A stretch of 64,000 nucleotides of DNA from an uncultured Burkholderiales bacterium (GTDB taxonomy: Bacteria; Pseudomonadota; Gammaproteobacteria; Burkholderiales; Burkholderiaceae_C), in NCBI GenBank assembly GCA_937927685.1, contig CALBSC010000038.1:32175-96174 (forward strand), in the 5' to 3' direction. Made by a program: the position numbers and the translations under genes. Below the pieces are notes generated by a model. It was not told the origin of the DNA, ran no database searches, and worked only from the letters and a program-made list of their open reading frames with translations. Below are positions 19,735-29,696 of this stretch, one piece after another (positions within the stretch are counted from its first letter, which is position 1; every line of letters begins with the position of its first letter).

Positions 19735-20676
19735 ATGACAACAGGTACGAGCAGTCTTCAAGGGGTGTGGGTGGATGTCCTGATGCCCCTGCAACCGGAC
19801 CTCACCCTCCATCACGGCAAACTGATCACGCACATCCGCACCCTGGCTGTCAAAGGCATCCAGGGCGTGGTGCTCTTCGGACCGGCAGGCGAAGGCTTGT
19901 CCTTCAGCGCCAAGGAACGCCTGGAGGCGGTCAAGCAACTCACCACCCATGGCATCTCGGGGCGCGACATCGTTCTGCATGCCGGATTCTCCAGCGTGGC
20001 CGAAACCGTGGAGGTCATCCGACAGGCCAATGCCCTGGGCCTGCGCGGCTGCATCGTGCGCCCGCCCCGATCCGAGGACGAACCCACCCAAGAGGGGCTC
20101 GCACATTTCTTCAGCCAGGTGGCCGGTCTGACGAAAGGCATCTCGACGCATCTGTATTTGGCATCGCCTTACCGCGCCGGTGCGCCGGACCTCAAGCCCT
20201 ATGTGGTCAATGAGGTGGTCAGCCAGCACCCAGGCGCCTTCGTTGGCATGCTCGACCAGACGCGCAACGCCTCGCACATGCAGGACTGGCTTCGCTTGTA
20301 TTCCGCCCAACTCCCCATTTACACCAACGATGAACTGCAGGCCGTGGCGATGTCGAAGCTGGGTTTGCACACCAGCGTGTCCAGTTGGGCCAACTTGATT
20401 CCCACCGTGATCACGGGCTTGGTCTCCCCCCCCTCTGCCGCCAAGCTGTCGGTGGCAGGCAATGCCATCGGAACGGACGATGGTCCGCTGTTGCATCTGG
20501 CCCGCATTCTGTTGGGCCTGCCCGAAGTGCCGGCCCTCAAGTACCTGATGTCCGTTCAGTACCACGACGCCGACTGGCTGCGGGTTCGCCCCCCCCTGTC
20601 CGAGTTGTTGCCGCAGTCCCAGGAAGGACTGCTCAAGGATTTCAAAAAGTATTTCCCCAGCGGCGGCAAGCCCTGA
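19735..20676 (+). CDS. DHDPS/NAL-fold protein lacking canonical catalytic residues (probable pseudo-enzyme)
   Basis: DHDPS-like pattern: GVVLFGxxGEG, ERLE, PP, SSWANLIP, ALKYLM, RVRPPL. GTTGE is replaced by GPAGE and GIKDS by GMLDQ. RBS AGGAGA. Confidence 0.8.
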   Translation: MTTGTSSLQGVWVDVLMPLQPDLTLHHGKLITHIRTLAVKGIQGVVLFGPAGEGLSFSAKERLEAVKQLTTHGISGRDIVLHAGFSSVAETVEVIRQANALGLRGCIVRPPRSEDEPTQEGLAHFFSQVAGLTKGISTHLYLASPYRAGAPDLKPYVVNEVVSQHPGAFVGMLDQTRNASHMQDWLRLYSAQLPIYTNDELQAVAMSKLGLHTSVSSWANLIPTVITGLVSPPSAAKLSVAGNAIGTDDGPLLHLARILLGLPEVPALKYLMSVQYHDADWLRVRPPLSELLPQSQEGLLKDFKKYFPSGGKP

Positions 20677-20704
20677 CCTCATTTCCATCCTCGGAACTCG
20701 CACC

Positions 20705-20929
20705 ATGGACATTGGAACGCTCTGGTATCTGATTGAACGCGACAAGCTGCACCGGGTCGTCACTGCCCAGGAGTTTGAGCAATTGCCTCCTGACAGCTTC
20801 ACCTTGCACCAGGTGTTCGACAACCGCCGCGAAGCCCTGCACGAGATGATTCGACTCGTTCAGACCGCAGTGCAAGAGGTGTCACACCACATGGACGAGC
20901 AAACAGGCGCTCGCCCTCACCACAAGTAA
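20705..20929 (+). CDS. Hypothetical 74-aa protein
   Basis: Fills the gap between co-oriented genes; protein-like composition; no family recognised. Confidence 0.6.
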   Translation: MDIGTLWYLIERDKLHRVVTAQEFEQLPPDSFTLHQVFDNRREALHEMIRLVQTAVQEVSHHMDEQTGARPHHK

Positions 20930-20969
20930 GGCCCCCAACGGGCCGGTTCGCCTCATCCGATAATCGGGC

Positions 20970-22331
20970 ATGACTGCTGCCCGCCCCGACGACGCCTCAC
21001 CTCCCCCCGGATGGCTGGCTGTTCTGTCTTTGATGACAGCGGTCTGGCTGGGCGCGCTCGACCAGTCAATTGCCAACACCGCCCTGCCCGCCATTGCGGC
21101 CGCATTGCAACACACCCCCGCTGAATCGGTCTGGATCCTGCACGCTTACCAGCTCGCCGTGGTGGCCACCTTGCTGCCCTTTGCGGCACTGGGAGACCGG
21201 TGGGGTGCACGGCGGGTGTTCCTGGCAGGGGTTGCGCTGTTCAACTTGGCCGCCATTTCCAGCGCCCTGGCACCCAGCCTGGAGTGGCTGGCGGTTTCCC
21301 GGGCGGTACAGGGCATCGGTGCCTCGGGCCTGATGAGCGTGAACCTGGCCCTGGTACGACAAATTTTTCCCCATCACCGGCTGGGCCAGGGGGTCGGCCT
21401 GAATGCGTTCATAGTGGGTTCCGGTTACAGCCTGGGTCCGGTGGTGGCGTCCTTGTTGCTGTCGGTGGCGCCCTGGCCCTGGCTCTTTGGCTGCCTGGTG
21501 CCCATGGGTCTGCTGGGCGGGTTGCTGGGTTGGCGTTTTTTGCCGCAGACCGCCGTCGCCCCCCGACAGCAAGCCTACGACCTCTTGCTGGCCCTGCTGT
21601 CCGCCGTGTGCTTCGCGTCGCTGATTTTCTGCCTGAGTGCAGTGGCCCAGCAAAAAAGCCTGGCGGTGCTCGGCACTTCGTTCGGGGCGATGCTCCTGAG
21701 CGGCTATGCTTTGCTGAAACGTCAGCATGGACACACCGCCCCCATGTTGCCCGTGGACTTGCTGCGTCGGCCCTTGTTCAGTCTGTCGGTGTTCACCTCG
21801 ATCTGCTCATTCACCACGCAGGGCCTGGCCTTTGTTGCCCTGCCTTTTTTCTTTTTGAATGAACTCCAGCTCAGTGCGGTGGCCTGCGGCACGCTCATGA
21901 CGGTGTGGGCGGGGGTTGTCGCGTTGGCAGCGCCCCTGGCCGGGCGGCTGTCGGACCGTTATTCGCCGGCCATCCTGGGGGGCGTGGGCTTGTGCATTCT
22001 TTGTGTGGGCATGGGGTGGATCAGCCAGATCACGCCTGGCACGGCCACCTCCACCATTGGCATCGGGATGGCGATATGCGGCATCGGGTTTGGCTTGTTT
22101 CAATCGCCCAACCTGCGCGCCATCATGTCGAGCTCACCGCCTGAGCGCAGCAGTGGCGCGAGTGGCATGGTGGCCCTGGCCCGGCTGATCGGTCAGGCCA
22201 GTGGGGCCGCGCTGGTGGCCCTGTGCTTCAACCTGTTTGCCCCGGTGGGCGCCGGCCAGGCCATCGTGCTGGGCGCCATCACCGCCGGGCTGGGTGGTAT
22301 CCTGAGCGTTTCACGGCTGTGGGCTCGCTGA
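20970..22331 (+). CDS. MFS transporter (DHA2/EmrB-QacA-like, about 14 TM)
   Basis: LDQSIANTALP, ALGDRWGARRVF, RAVQGIGA, GFGLFQSPN. Confidence 0.92.
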   Translation: MTAARPDDASPPPGWLAVLSLMTAVWLGALDQSIANTALPAIAAALQHTPAESVWILHAYQLAVVATLLPFAALGDRWGARRVFLAGVALFNLAAISSALAPSLEWLAVSRAVQGIGASGLMSVNLALVRQIFPHHRLGQGVGLNAFIVGSGYSLGPVVASLLLSVAPWPWLFGCLVPMGLLGGLLGWRFLPQTAVAPRQQAYDLLLALLSAVCFASLIFCLSAVAQQKSLAVLGTSFGAMLLSGYALLKRQHGHTAPMLPVDLLRRPLFSLSVFTSICSFTTQGLAFVALPFFFLNELQLSAVACGTLMTVWAGVVALAAPLAGRLSDRYSPAILGGVGLCILCVGMGWISQITPGTATSTIGIGMAICGIGFGLFQSPNLRAIMSSSPPERSSGASGMVALARLIGQASGAALVALCFNLFAPVGAGQAIVLGAITAGLGGILSVSRLWAR

Positions 22332-22401
22332 TGGAGCGATCCCCCCTCCTGCCTGCATCAGGCAGTCGCGTCATCTGTCCTGTTATGGTTGTTGTCTGAT
22401 C

Positions 22402-23466
22402 ATGAGCGTCCCCTCTTCTGTCCAGCCCCGACTCACCAGCCTGTCCCATGGTGGTGGTTGCGGCTGCAAGATCGCACCGGGTGTGTTGTCGGAAATTCTC
22501 AAGAATTCCACGGCCTTTCCGGTGCCGCCCCAACTGCTGGTGGGCATTGAAACCTCGGATGACGCCGCGGTGTACCAGCTCAATGACGAGCAGGCCCTGA
22601 TTGCCACCACCGATTTTTTCATGCCCATCGTCGATGACCCACGGGACTTTGGACGCATCGCTGCCACCAATGCCATCAGCGATGTGTATGCCATGGGCGG
22701 CACCCCGATCATGGCGCTGGCGCTGGTGGGCATGCCCATCAGCGTGCTGTCCACCGACACCATCGGTCAGATCCTGGCGGGTGGCCAGGAGGTCTGCCGT
22801 GCCGCCGGCATTCCCATCGCCGGCGGCCACACCATCGACTCGGTTGAACCCATCTATGGCCTGGTGGCCCTGGGCCTGGTGCATCCCCAGCGCGTCAAGC
22901 GCAATGCCGATGCCCGGGCGGGAGACCGGCTGGTGCTGGGCAAGCCCTTGGGCGTGGGGGTCTTATCTGCCGCCCTCAAGAAGGATGCCCTCGGGCCCGA
23001 GGGCTACGCACGCATGATCGACCACACCACACGCCTGAACACCCCCGGCCCGGAGTTGGCTGCGCTGTCGGGCGTTCACGCGCTGACGGATGTGACCGGG
23101 TTTGGCCTGGCAGGCCATGCGCTGGAGATGGCCCGAGGCTCTGGCACCACCATCTCGCTGGAGATGTCGCACATTCCCTTGATTGAGGACGCGCGTCAGC
23201 TGGCTTCACGAGGCATGATCACCGGCGCGAGTGGTCGCAACTGGGCGGCCTACGGTCACGAGGTGCAGCTGGCCAGCGGTCTGCAAGCCCTGGATCGCGA
23301 TCTTCTGACCGACCCGCAAACCAGTGGTGGCTTGCTGGTGGCCTGCGCGGCCGACGCGGTTCCGGCGGTCCTGGCTGTATTTGCGCGCCACGGTTTTGCG
23401 CAGGCTGCAGAGATTGGCCAGATCGACCCGGATGCGGGTCAGGGCCTGCGCTTGCGCGTCAACTGA
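22402..23466 (+). CDS. selD: Selenide, water dikinase (selenophosphate synthetase)
   Basis: LTSLSHGGGCGCKI (Cys form), DDAAVY, TTDFFMPIVDDP, ATNAISDVYAMGG, GGHTID, TDVTGFGL, DPQTSGGLL. Confidence 0.97.
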   Translation: MSVPSSVQPRLTSLSHGGGCGCKIAPGVLSEILKNSTAFPVPPQLLVGIETSDDAAVYQLNDEQALIATTDFFMPIVDDPRDFGRIAATNAISDVYAMGGTPIMALALVGMPISVLSTDTIGQILAGGQEVCRAAGIPIAGGHTIDSVEPIYGLVALGLVHPQRVKRNADARAGDRLVLGKPLGVGVLSAALKKDALGPEGYARMIDHTTRLNTPGPELAALSGVHALTDVTGFGLAGHALEMARGSGTTISLEMSHIPLIEDARQLASRGMITGASGRNWAAYGHEVQLASGLQALDRDLLTDPQTSGGLLVACAADAVPAVLAVFARHGFAQAAEIGQIDPDAGQGLRLRVN

Positions 23467-23625
23467 CCCGCCATTCGCCCATGGAGCAGGTGCTCCAGCG
23501 CCGCGAGGGACGGTCCGATCAATGCCCACGGGCAGCGACGCCGCTGGCCTTAGCGTAAACCTTGATGACGCCCCTTGCGTTTCCCGCTACTGTTCAACGA
23601 ATTTCCATTGGAGCGTTGATACCCC

Positions 23626-24597
23626 ATGACCCGACGTCGCAGTTTTATCCAGGCCGGATCCGCGCTGGCCGCCGCGGTTGCGTTGCCAGCCCTGTCGCAA
23701 TCCGGCACCTATCCGAGCCGCACCATCAAATACATCTGTCCGTGGCCGGCCGGTGGCTCCACCGACATCGTCATGCGCAGCCTGGCGGAGAGTGCCAGCA
23801 AGGCCTTGGGGCAAAGTGTCATCGTTGAAAACAAACCGGGGGCCGGTGGCATGCTCGGCGCGGTGGACATGCTCACCGCGAAGCCCGACGGCTACACCCT
23901 GTGCCAGATCCCTCAAGGGGCTTTCCGCATCCCCCACATGCAAAAAACCGCCTTCGACACCCTGAAGGACTTCACCTGGATTGCCTGCCTGACCGGCTAC
24001 ACCTTTGGCCTGGTCGTGCCCATGAACTCCCCGTTCAAAACCATCAGGGACTTCGTGGACTACGCCAAGGCAAACCCGGGAGCCCTCACCTATGGTTCCA
24101 CCGGAACCGGCACCAGCCCGCACCTGGCGGTGGAAGAGTTTGCTCAAAAGGCCGGCATCCAGCTCAATCACATTCCCTACAAAGGCAATGCTGAAAATAT
24201 GCAGGCTGTGCTGGGCGGTCACGTCATGGCGGCCAGCGATGCCACCGGCTGGGGCCCCCACGTGGATGGTGGACGACTGCGACTCTTGGCCACCTACGGC
24301 AGCAAGCGCACCAAGCGCTGGTCGAATATCCCCACGCTGAACGAACTGGGTTATCAAACCGTGTCAGACTCCCCGTTCGGCGTGTGCGGCCCCAAGGGCA
24401 TGGACCCTGCAGTGGTGAAGACGATTCACGATGCGTTCAAGAGCGCGCTGGACGACCCGGCGGTCATCGCCACCTTTGACAAGTACGATCAGAGCGTCAT
24501 TTACCTCAACACCGAGCAATACACCAAGTTTGCCCACGACAGCTTTTACGCCGAGCGGGCCTTGATTGAAAAGCTGGGGATGATGAAAAAGGGCTGA
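23626..24597 (+). CDS. Bug/TctC family substrate-binding protein
   Basis: RRRSF leader, PWPAGGSTD, VENKPGAGG, PDGYT, HIPYKG. Confidence 0.93.
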   Translation: MTRRRSFIQAGSALAAAVALPALSQSGTYPSRTIKYICPWPAGGSTDIVMRSLAESASKALGQSVIVENKPGAGGMLGAVDMLTAKPDGYTLCQIPQGAFRIPHMQKTAFDTLKDFTWIACLTGYTFGLVVPMNSPFKTIRDFVDYAKANPGALTYGSTGTGTSPHLAVEEFAQKAGIQLNHIPYKGNAENMQAVLGGHVMAASDATGWGPHVDGGRLRLLATYGSKRTKRWSNIPTLNELGYQTVSDSPFGVCGPKGMDPAVVKTIHDAFKSALDDPAVIATFDKYDQSVIYLNTEQYTKFAHDSFYAERALIEKLGMMKKG

Positions 24598-24638
24598 CGC
24601 CCCGGCTCGATCGCCGGCCGGCTTGAACCGGTCCCGCG

Positions 24639-25496
24639 TCAGGCCGGCAGTTGCTCCAGCAGATACCGGGCCATCTGCTCGCGCGTGCACACCCAAATGT
24701 CATCGCTGGCTTTGACGCGGGCCATGATCTCGCCATACACCCAGGCCCCGGAGGGGCGGCCCATCACGTGGGTGTGGGCCGTGACGTCGAGTTGCAGCGG
24801 GACCTGCTCGGCACGCATGGCGGCGATGGTGTCCTGGAAGACGTCAAGCATGTGCCGGGCACCTTGCCCGTAGCGCACACAGATAGGCAGATCGTTCACG
24901 TCCATCGTCAGGGGAATGCCCACGATGCGCCGACCCTCGAACTCCATGATGTAGGGTCGGTCATCGTCGTTCACGTCACCATGATGCAGGTAGCCCGCTT
25001 CAGCCAGCAGGCGTGAACTGATCGGACTGCCTGTTCCACGCGGACTGATCCATCCCAGGGGTGCCACGCCAGCGGTGCGCGTGAGGATGTCGTGGTTGCG
25101 CGTGAAGTTGGCACGCTCGCCCGCCTCATCGAAATACACCGGAATGACATCCATCCCCCAGGAATGGTTGACGATCTCGTGCCCCAGGTCAGCCAGTCGG
25201 CGAATGGTCTGCGGGTCGCGCTCGCCAATCACGCCATTGACCATGACGCTGGTTTTGACGCCATGCTTTTCGACGATGTCCAGTAAACGGTGAATGCCGC
25301 GTACCAAGCCGAACGAAGCCCATGAGTGGGCATTGGTGTCAAAGAAACCCGGCTTGAGCACATTGCCCATGGGACCGATGCCGGGGGCTTGTCCATCAGA
25401 CCATGCCTCATAGGCGATGTTGAAAATAACCGCCAGGCGGCGACCGCCAGGCCAGCGAAAGTCATCGGGTAAGCGGGTGATGCGGGGTGTGGTCAT
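24639..25496 (-). CDS. Polysaccharide deacetylase (CE4)/PuuE-like hydrolase
   Basis: WPGGRRLAVIFNIAYE, GIHRLLD, GHEIVNHSW, DDDRPY, VNDLP, HTHVMGRP. Confidence 0.85.
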   Translation of the reverse strand: MTTPRITRLPDDFRWPGGRRLAVIFNIAYEAWSDGQAPGIGPMGNVLKPGFFDTNAHSWASFGLVRGIHRLLDIVEKHGVKTSVMVNGVIGERDPQTIRRLADLGHEIVNHSWGMDVIPVYFDEAGERANFTRNHDILTRTAGVAPLGWISPRGTGSPISSRLLAEAGYLHHGDVNDDDRPYIMEFEGRRIVGIPLTMDVNDLPICVRYGQGARHMLDVFQDTIAAMRAEQVPLQLDVTAHTHVMGRPSGAWVYGEIMARVKASDDIWVCTREQMARYLLEQLPA

Positions 25497-25498
25497 GG

Positions 25499-26488
25499 TT
25501 ACTCGGGCTTGATGTTGGTGCGGCGTACAACCTGACCCCATCGTTGAACTTCAGATTTGACATACTCACCGGTGCGAGCCGGGGTATCGGCAATTGCCTC
25601 GAAAGCCAGGGCTTGAATTTTTTCCCTTACCTCCGGTTGTGCCAGCGCTTTGGACAACGCGTCGTACCACTTATTCTGAATGGCGGCCGGGGTGCCCGCG
25701 GGCAAAAAGGCCCCCACCCAGGTGTAATCCAGCATGTCGGTGTAGCCTAATTCAACCAGGGTGGGCACATCGGGCAACACCGCCAGTCGTTTGGCGCTGG
25801 TGACGGCCAATGCATTCAGTTTGCCGGACTTGATGTTTTGCATGGGGGCCGTCATGGCCAGACACCCCACCTTGGGCTCACCCGCTACCACCGCACCCAC
25901 CGCCTGGCCTGCGCCTCGGTAGTGGATGGGCGTCATGTTGAGCTTGGCCGTCAGGTTGAACAGATTCTCGGCCGTCAGATGAGGCGTGGTGCCGCTGCCT
26001 GGTGTAGCAAAGGCCATGGGGGTGGCCCGTGCAGCCGCCAGGAGTTCGGGTATCGTGCGAACCGGCAGGCTCGGATGCGAAACAATCACATTGGGTTGAT
26101 TGGCCACAATGGTGACGGGAATGAAATCGCGCTCGGCGTTGTACCCGGATTCCGGAAAATTCGTGTTGACCGCGAAGGCCGCCGAGGTGATGAGAATGGT
26201 GTTGCCATCCGGTGCGGCTTTGGCCACGATCTGGCTGCCGATGTTGCCACCCGCCCCTCCGCGGTTGTCCACGATGATGGGCTGGCCCAGCAGTTCCGAC
26301 AGTTTGGGCAGGATGAGTCGTGACACGGTATCCGGTGGACCACCGGGCACAAAAGGCACCACGATACGCAAGGGCTTGTCGGGCCATGCCGTTTGAGCCT
26401 TCAGCGGGGTTGCCAGGCTGGCTGCCATCAAGGCCAGCATAGGGCGGCGCTTGAGATGTACGGTTGGCTTGTCTGATGAATGTGCCAA
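25499..26488 (-). CDS. Bug/TctC family substrate-binding protein
   Basis: VPFVPGGPPD, VDNRGGAGGNIG, APDG, HYRGAG; TTG start after AAGGAGA. Confidence 0.92.
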   Translation of the reverse strand: MAHSSDKPTVHLKRRPMLALMAASLATPLKAQTAWPDKPLRIVVPFVPGGPPDTVSRLILPKLSELLGQPIIVDNRGGAGGNIGSQIVAKAAPDGNTILITSAAFAVNTNFPESGYNAERDFIPVTIVANQPNVIVSHPSLPVRTIPELLAAARATPMAFATPGSGTTPHLTAENLFNLTAKLNMTPIHYRGAGQAVGAVVAGEPKVGCLAMTAPMQNIKSGKLNALAVTSAKRLAVLPDVPTLVELGYTDMLDYTWVGAFLPAGTPAAIQNKWYDALSKALAQPEVREKIQALAFEAIADTPARTGEYVKSEVQRWGQVVRRTNIKPE

Positions 26489-26619
26489 GATGGGTCTCCT
26501 TTTATTCATTAGCTGACGGTTACTCACTGTGTCAGTTGCTTCCAAACTCGACGTCCAGCATGCCCTTACTCGCTGTCACTTGCAATACGGTTCATGACAT
26601 CACCCTGAAACTTCACGGG

Positions 26620-27783
26620 TCATAGCAGCGATCGCATGACATCATGCAAGGCCTGCTGACCCTCGAAGCCAATACCAGGTCGCTGCGAGAGGGTGATGAA
26701 GCCGTCCTCCACGCGCGCATCGTCGGCAAATCCCGCGAAGACACCAAACACACCCGGGTAGGCTTCGCATCCGCCCAACCCCAATCCTGCGACCGCTGCC
26801 AATGTCATCAGGTTGCCTGCATGGGGAAACACCTGGGACGCCAACCAGCCGTGGTGTTGCAGTACCTCCAGTGTGCGGGTGAATTGCACCACGCCATACG
26901 ACTGGGGAATGTCGACTTGCAAGATATCGCGCCCAGCCCGCAATCCGCCAAAGCGCAACAAGTTGCGCACATCCTGGGTGGAAAACAGGTTTTCTCCCGT
27001 GGCCAATGTGCCGGGATACTCGGCGGCGAGTTCGGACAAGAGTTGATAGTCCAGCGGATCGGTCGGCTCCTCAAACCAGCGCAATCCATAAGGGGCAAGC
27101 GCCCGGGCGTATTCCCAGGTACGTTGCGGTGTAAAACCTGCGTTGGCGTCAACCGCCAGACGATCAGCCGCCCCCACCACCCCAATGGCCGCTTCCACGC
27201 GCTGCAAGTCTTCAGACAAGCTGGCTCCACCCACCTTGATTTTCATGGTGGTGTAGCCCTGATCCAGACGCTGGCGAATCTCGTCACACAACTCGGGCAA
27301 GCCTTTGCCGGGAGCGTACCAACCGCCCCCCACGTAGCACGGCACTTTGTCTGGGTAATGGCCCTCATTGAATTGCTGCGCCAGCAGCACGTGCAAGGGC
27401 AGTCCTTGCGCTTTGGCCACCGCATCCCAAATGGCCATTTCAATCGTCCCCACGGCGATCGATCGCTCGGTGTGACCCCCTGGCTTTTCCCGTTGCATCA
27501 TGCAAGCCAGGGCCCGTGCAGGATCGATGAGGCCCGTGACAGGATCGAGCAAACTGTCCGGATCCGCCGTCAATAACCGCGGAATCATCCGCGCCCGCAT
27601 GACAGCACCACAGGCATATCGACCGGTGGAATTGAATGCAAAGCCCACCACAGGTTGACCGTCACGTTGACGGTCCGTGATGACCGCCACCACCGAGGTG
27701 GTCATCTCACTGAAGTCAAACACAGCGTTGCGCATGCTCGAGCGCAACGGCACACTGACTTCACGAATGTCCAGGATTTTCAC
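26620..27783 (-). CDS. Enolase superfamily protein, D-tartrate dehydratase (TarD)-like
   Basis: MTTSVVAVIT, FNSTGRY, EKPGGHTERS, YVGGGWY, KIKVGG, VDANA, WFEEP, ATGEN. Confidence 0.85.
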   Translation of the reverse strand: MKILDIREVSVPLRSSMRNAVFDFSEMTTSVVAVITDRQRDGQPVVGFAFNSTGRYACGAVMRARMIPRLLTADPDSLLDPVTGLIDPARALACMMQREKPGGHTERSIAVGTIEMAIWDAVAKAQGLPLHVLLAQQFNEGHYPDKVPCYVGGGWYAPGKGLPELCDEIRQRLDQGYTTMKIKVGGASLSEDLQRVEAAIGVVGAADRLAVDANAGFTPQRTWEYARALAPYGLRWFEEPTDPLDYQLLSELAAEYPGTLATGENLFSTQDVRNLLRFGGLRAGRDILQVDIPQSYGVVQFTRTLEVLQHHGWLASQVFPHAGNLMTLAAVAGLGLGGCEAYPGVFGVFAGFADDARVEDGFITLSQRPGIGFEGQQALHDVMRSLL

Positions 27784-29696
27784 GACACGTCCACGTTGTA
27801 GCGCACCGCAAAGGCGCTGAGGATACTATCCACTTGGCGGCGCGCCTGCGGCCCGCCCCCCTTCACACTCACAGTGAGAAGCAACCCACCGCCGAATGTC
27901 TCCACCTTGAGCGCCCACGCCGACGTCAAGGGTTGCAACACCTGACGGAACACGCGCTCGGCTGCATCGATCTGTAGCAGATGCTTTTGGGGCTTGCCCA
28001 CGGCCGTGAGCGGCAGACGATCCAGAAACACGATGTCCTTGGGCACCGCTGGACGCTCGGGTATATGGGCTGCAGCAAATTCCAGCAAGGCCTGTTCGGT
28101 GATGCTGGCACCCGGATGCAATTGCACGTAAGCCACCGGCAATTCGCCCGCGTGTGCATCGGGCTTGCCCACCGCAGCCGCCAAGGCCACGGCAGGACAT
28201 TGCAGCAAGGCGTCTTCGATCAGACGGGGCTCGATGTTGTGCCCGCCTCGGATGATCAAATCCTTTTTGCGTCCGCTGATACGGATATACCCTTCGCCGT
28301 CCAGGCTACCCAGATCGCCGGTGACCAGCGAGCCATCCGACAAAAACACTCCCTGGTTGTGATCGTCATTCAGATAGCCCCCCGCGATGCCCGGCCCTCG
28401 CAACACCACCATGCCGATCTCATTCAAGGCGCAATCGCGCTCGATGTCACCCTGCTCGGACATGCTGACAATACGCACTTGCACGTAAGGCACCCGAACG
28501 CCGGAACAACCCCGCCGAATCTCGCCATCACGCAGATCCAGGGTGGCATGGCTGGTGTTTTCAGTCAACCCGTAACTTTGCAGCGTCCGAGCACCGGTGA
28601 TTTCTTCGATGCGATCCTGAATCGACGGAGCCATGGCCGTGGAACCGGTCGCGAAGAAAGGACGCAGTGATGAAATATTTTCGGTGGTGGGCGGGTTCTT
28701 GGCCAGCACTGACAAGGTGGTGGGCACCCCCGAAACTTGCGTGATACCAAAATGTTCCACATACCGCCAGTAGTTGGCGATATAGGTTTTGTCGCGCGCC
28801 CCATGCATGCTGGGAATAATGGTGGTGTGTCCATCAGCCGTGCTGACCAATCCGCGCACCAGCAGCCCCCCGATATGAAACAGTGGCGTGTCCGAGAGCA
28901 CCACGTCGTGCGGCGTGAAGGCCAGGCCCAGGCTGGCCGCCCATTGCCGAAACACCAGTCCGCCGTGCAAGATCTTGACAATCTTGGGATGCCCCGTGGT
29001 ACCTCCGGAATGCACATAGCACGCCACACTGTTGCGTTGCGCAGTGGGTCGCTCAAAAGTCAACCGGTCACCAGGGTGTTCGCTCGCAGCACTGAGGAGA
29101 TCGTTGGGGTGCGCTGGGCCAAACGGGTCATGCACCGTCAGCACCGGCAGCCGTCCCTGTAATGGCTCCACGGCGTGTTGCACATGCTCCCACACTTCAA
29201 AGCAAGGCGTGGGGCCCAGGGCCACCACGGCTTTGGCACCGGACTGAACGATCAGGTCGTGCAAGGCCTGGGCGTCCAGCATCCAGTTGATAGGGAACGG
29301 GCGTGCGGCGAGCATGCTCCCCATGAGCAAGGCAAACATGGCGGGCACGGTAGGACCAATGATGGCCACCGCATCGTTTGCACCGATACCGCGGGCTCTG
29401 AGCAGGTTGGCGATCTGGATCGCATGGCGCTCCAGGTCCGCAAAAGTCCACGTTTGAACAGGCCCGTCGATATCTCCCAGATGGGTGGCATGAATGGCGG
29501 CTCGTTGCGGCTGCAAGCGACAACCATCCAGCAGATTTTGCGCAAAGTCCCAGCGGGTGATGCGCTGCTCCAGCGGAATTTTTTCAATGGCCTCGATATC
29601 GGCCAGCGATCTGAGCGGGGAATAGTCCCAGCGAATCATCTCGCTCGTCAAGGGGAAAGGCGACGAAGCCTGTGCAGTGCTCGAACTGCGGCTCAC
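27780..29696 (-). CDS. AMP-binding acyl-CoA synthetase
   Basis: HSGGTTGHPK, YGLTE, TGDLG, GRKKDLIIRGGHNI, PLTAVGK; GTGA overlap with the upstream gene. Confidence 0.93.
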   Translation of the reverse strand: MSRSSSTAQASSPFPLTSEMIRWDYSPLRSLADIEAIEKIPLEQRITRWDFAQNLLDGCRLQPQRAAIHATHLGDIDGPVQTWTFADLERHAIQIANLLRARGIGANDAVAIIGPTVPAMFALLMGSMLAARPFPINWMLDAQALHDLIVQSGAKAVVALGPTPCFEVWEHVQHAVEPLQGRLPVLTVHDPFGPAHPNDLLSAASEHPGDRLTFERPTAQRNSVACYVHSGGTTGHPKIVKILHGGLVFRQWAASLGLAFTPHDVVLSDTPLFHIGGLLVRGLVSTADGHTTIIPSMHGARDKTYIANYWRYVEHFGITQVSGVPTTLSVLAKNPPTTENISSLRPFFATGSTAMAPSIQDRIEEITGARTLQSYGLTENTSHATLDLRDGEIRRGCSGVRVPYVQVRIVSMSEQGDIERDCALNEIGMVVLRGPGIAGGYLNDDHNQGVFLSDGSLVTGDLGSLDGEGYIRISGRKKDLIIRGGHNIEPRLIEDALLQCPAVALAAAVGKPDAHAGELPVAYVQLHPGASITEQALLEFAAAHIPERPAVPKDIVFLDRLPLTAVGKPQKHLLQIDAAERVFRQVLQPLTSAWALKVETFGGGLLLTVSVKGGGPQARRQVDSILSAFAVRYNVDVS

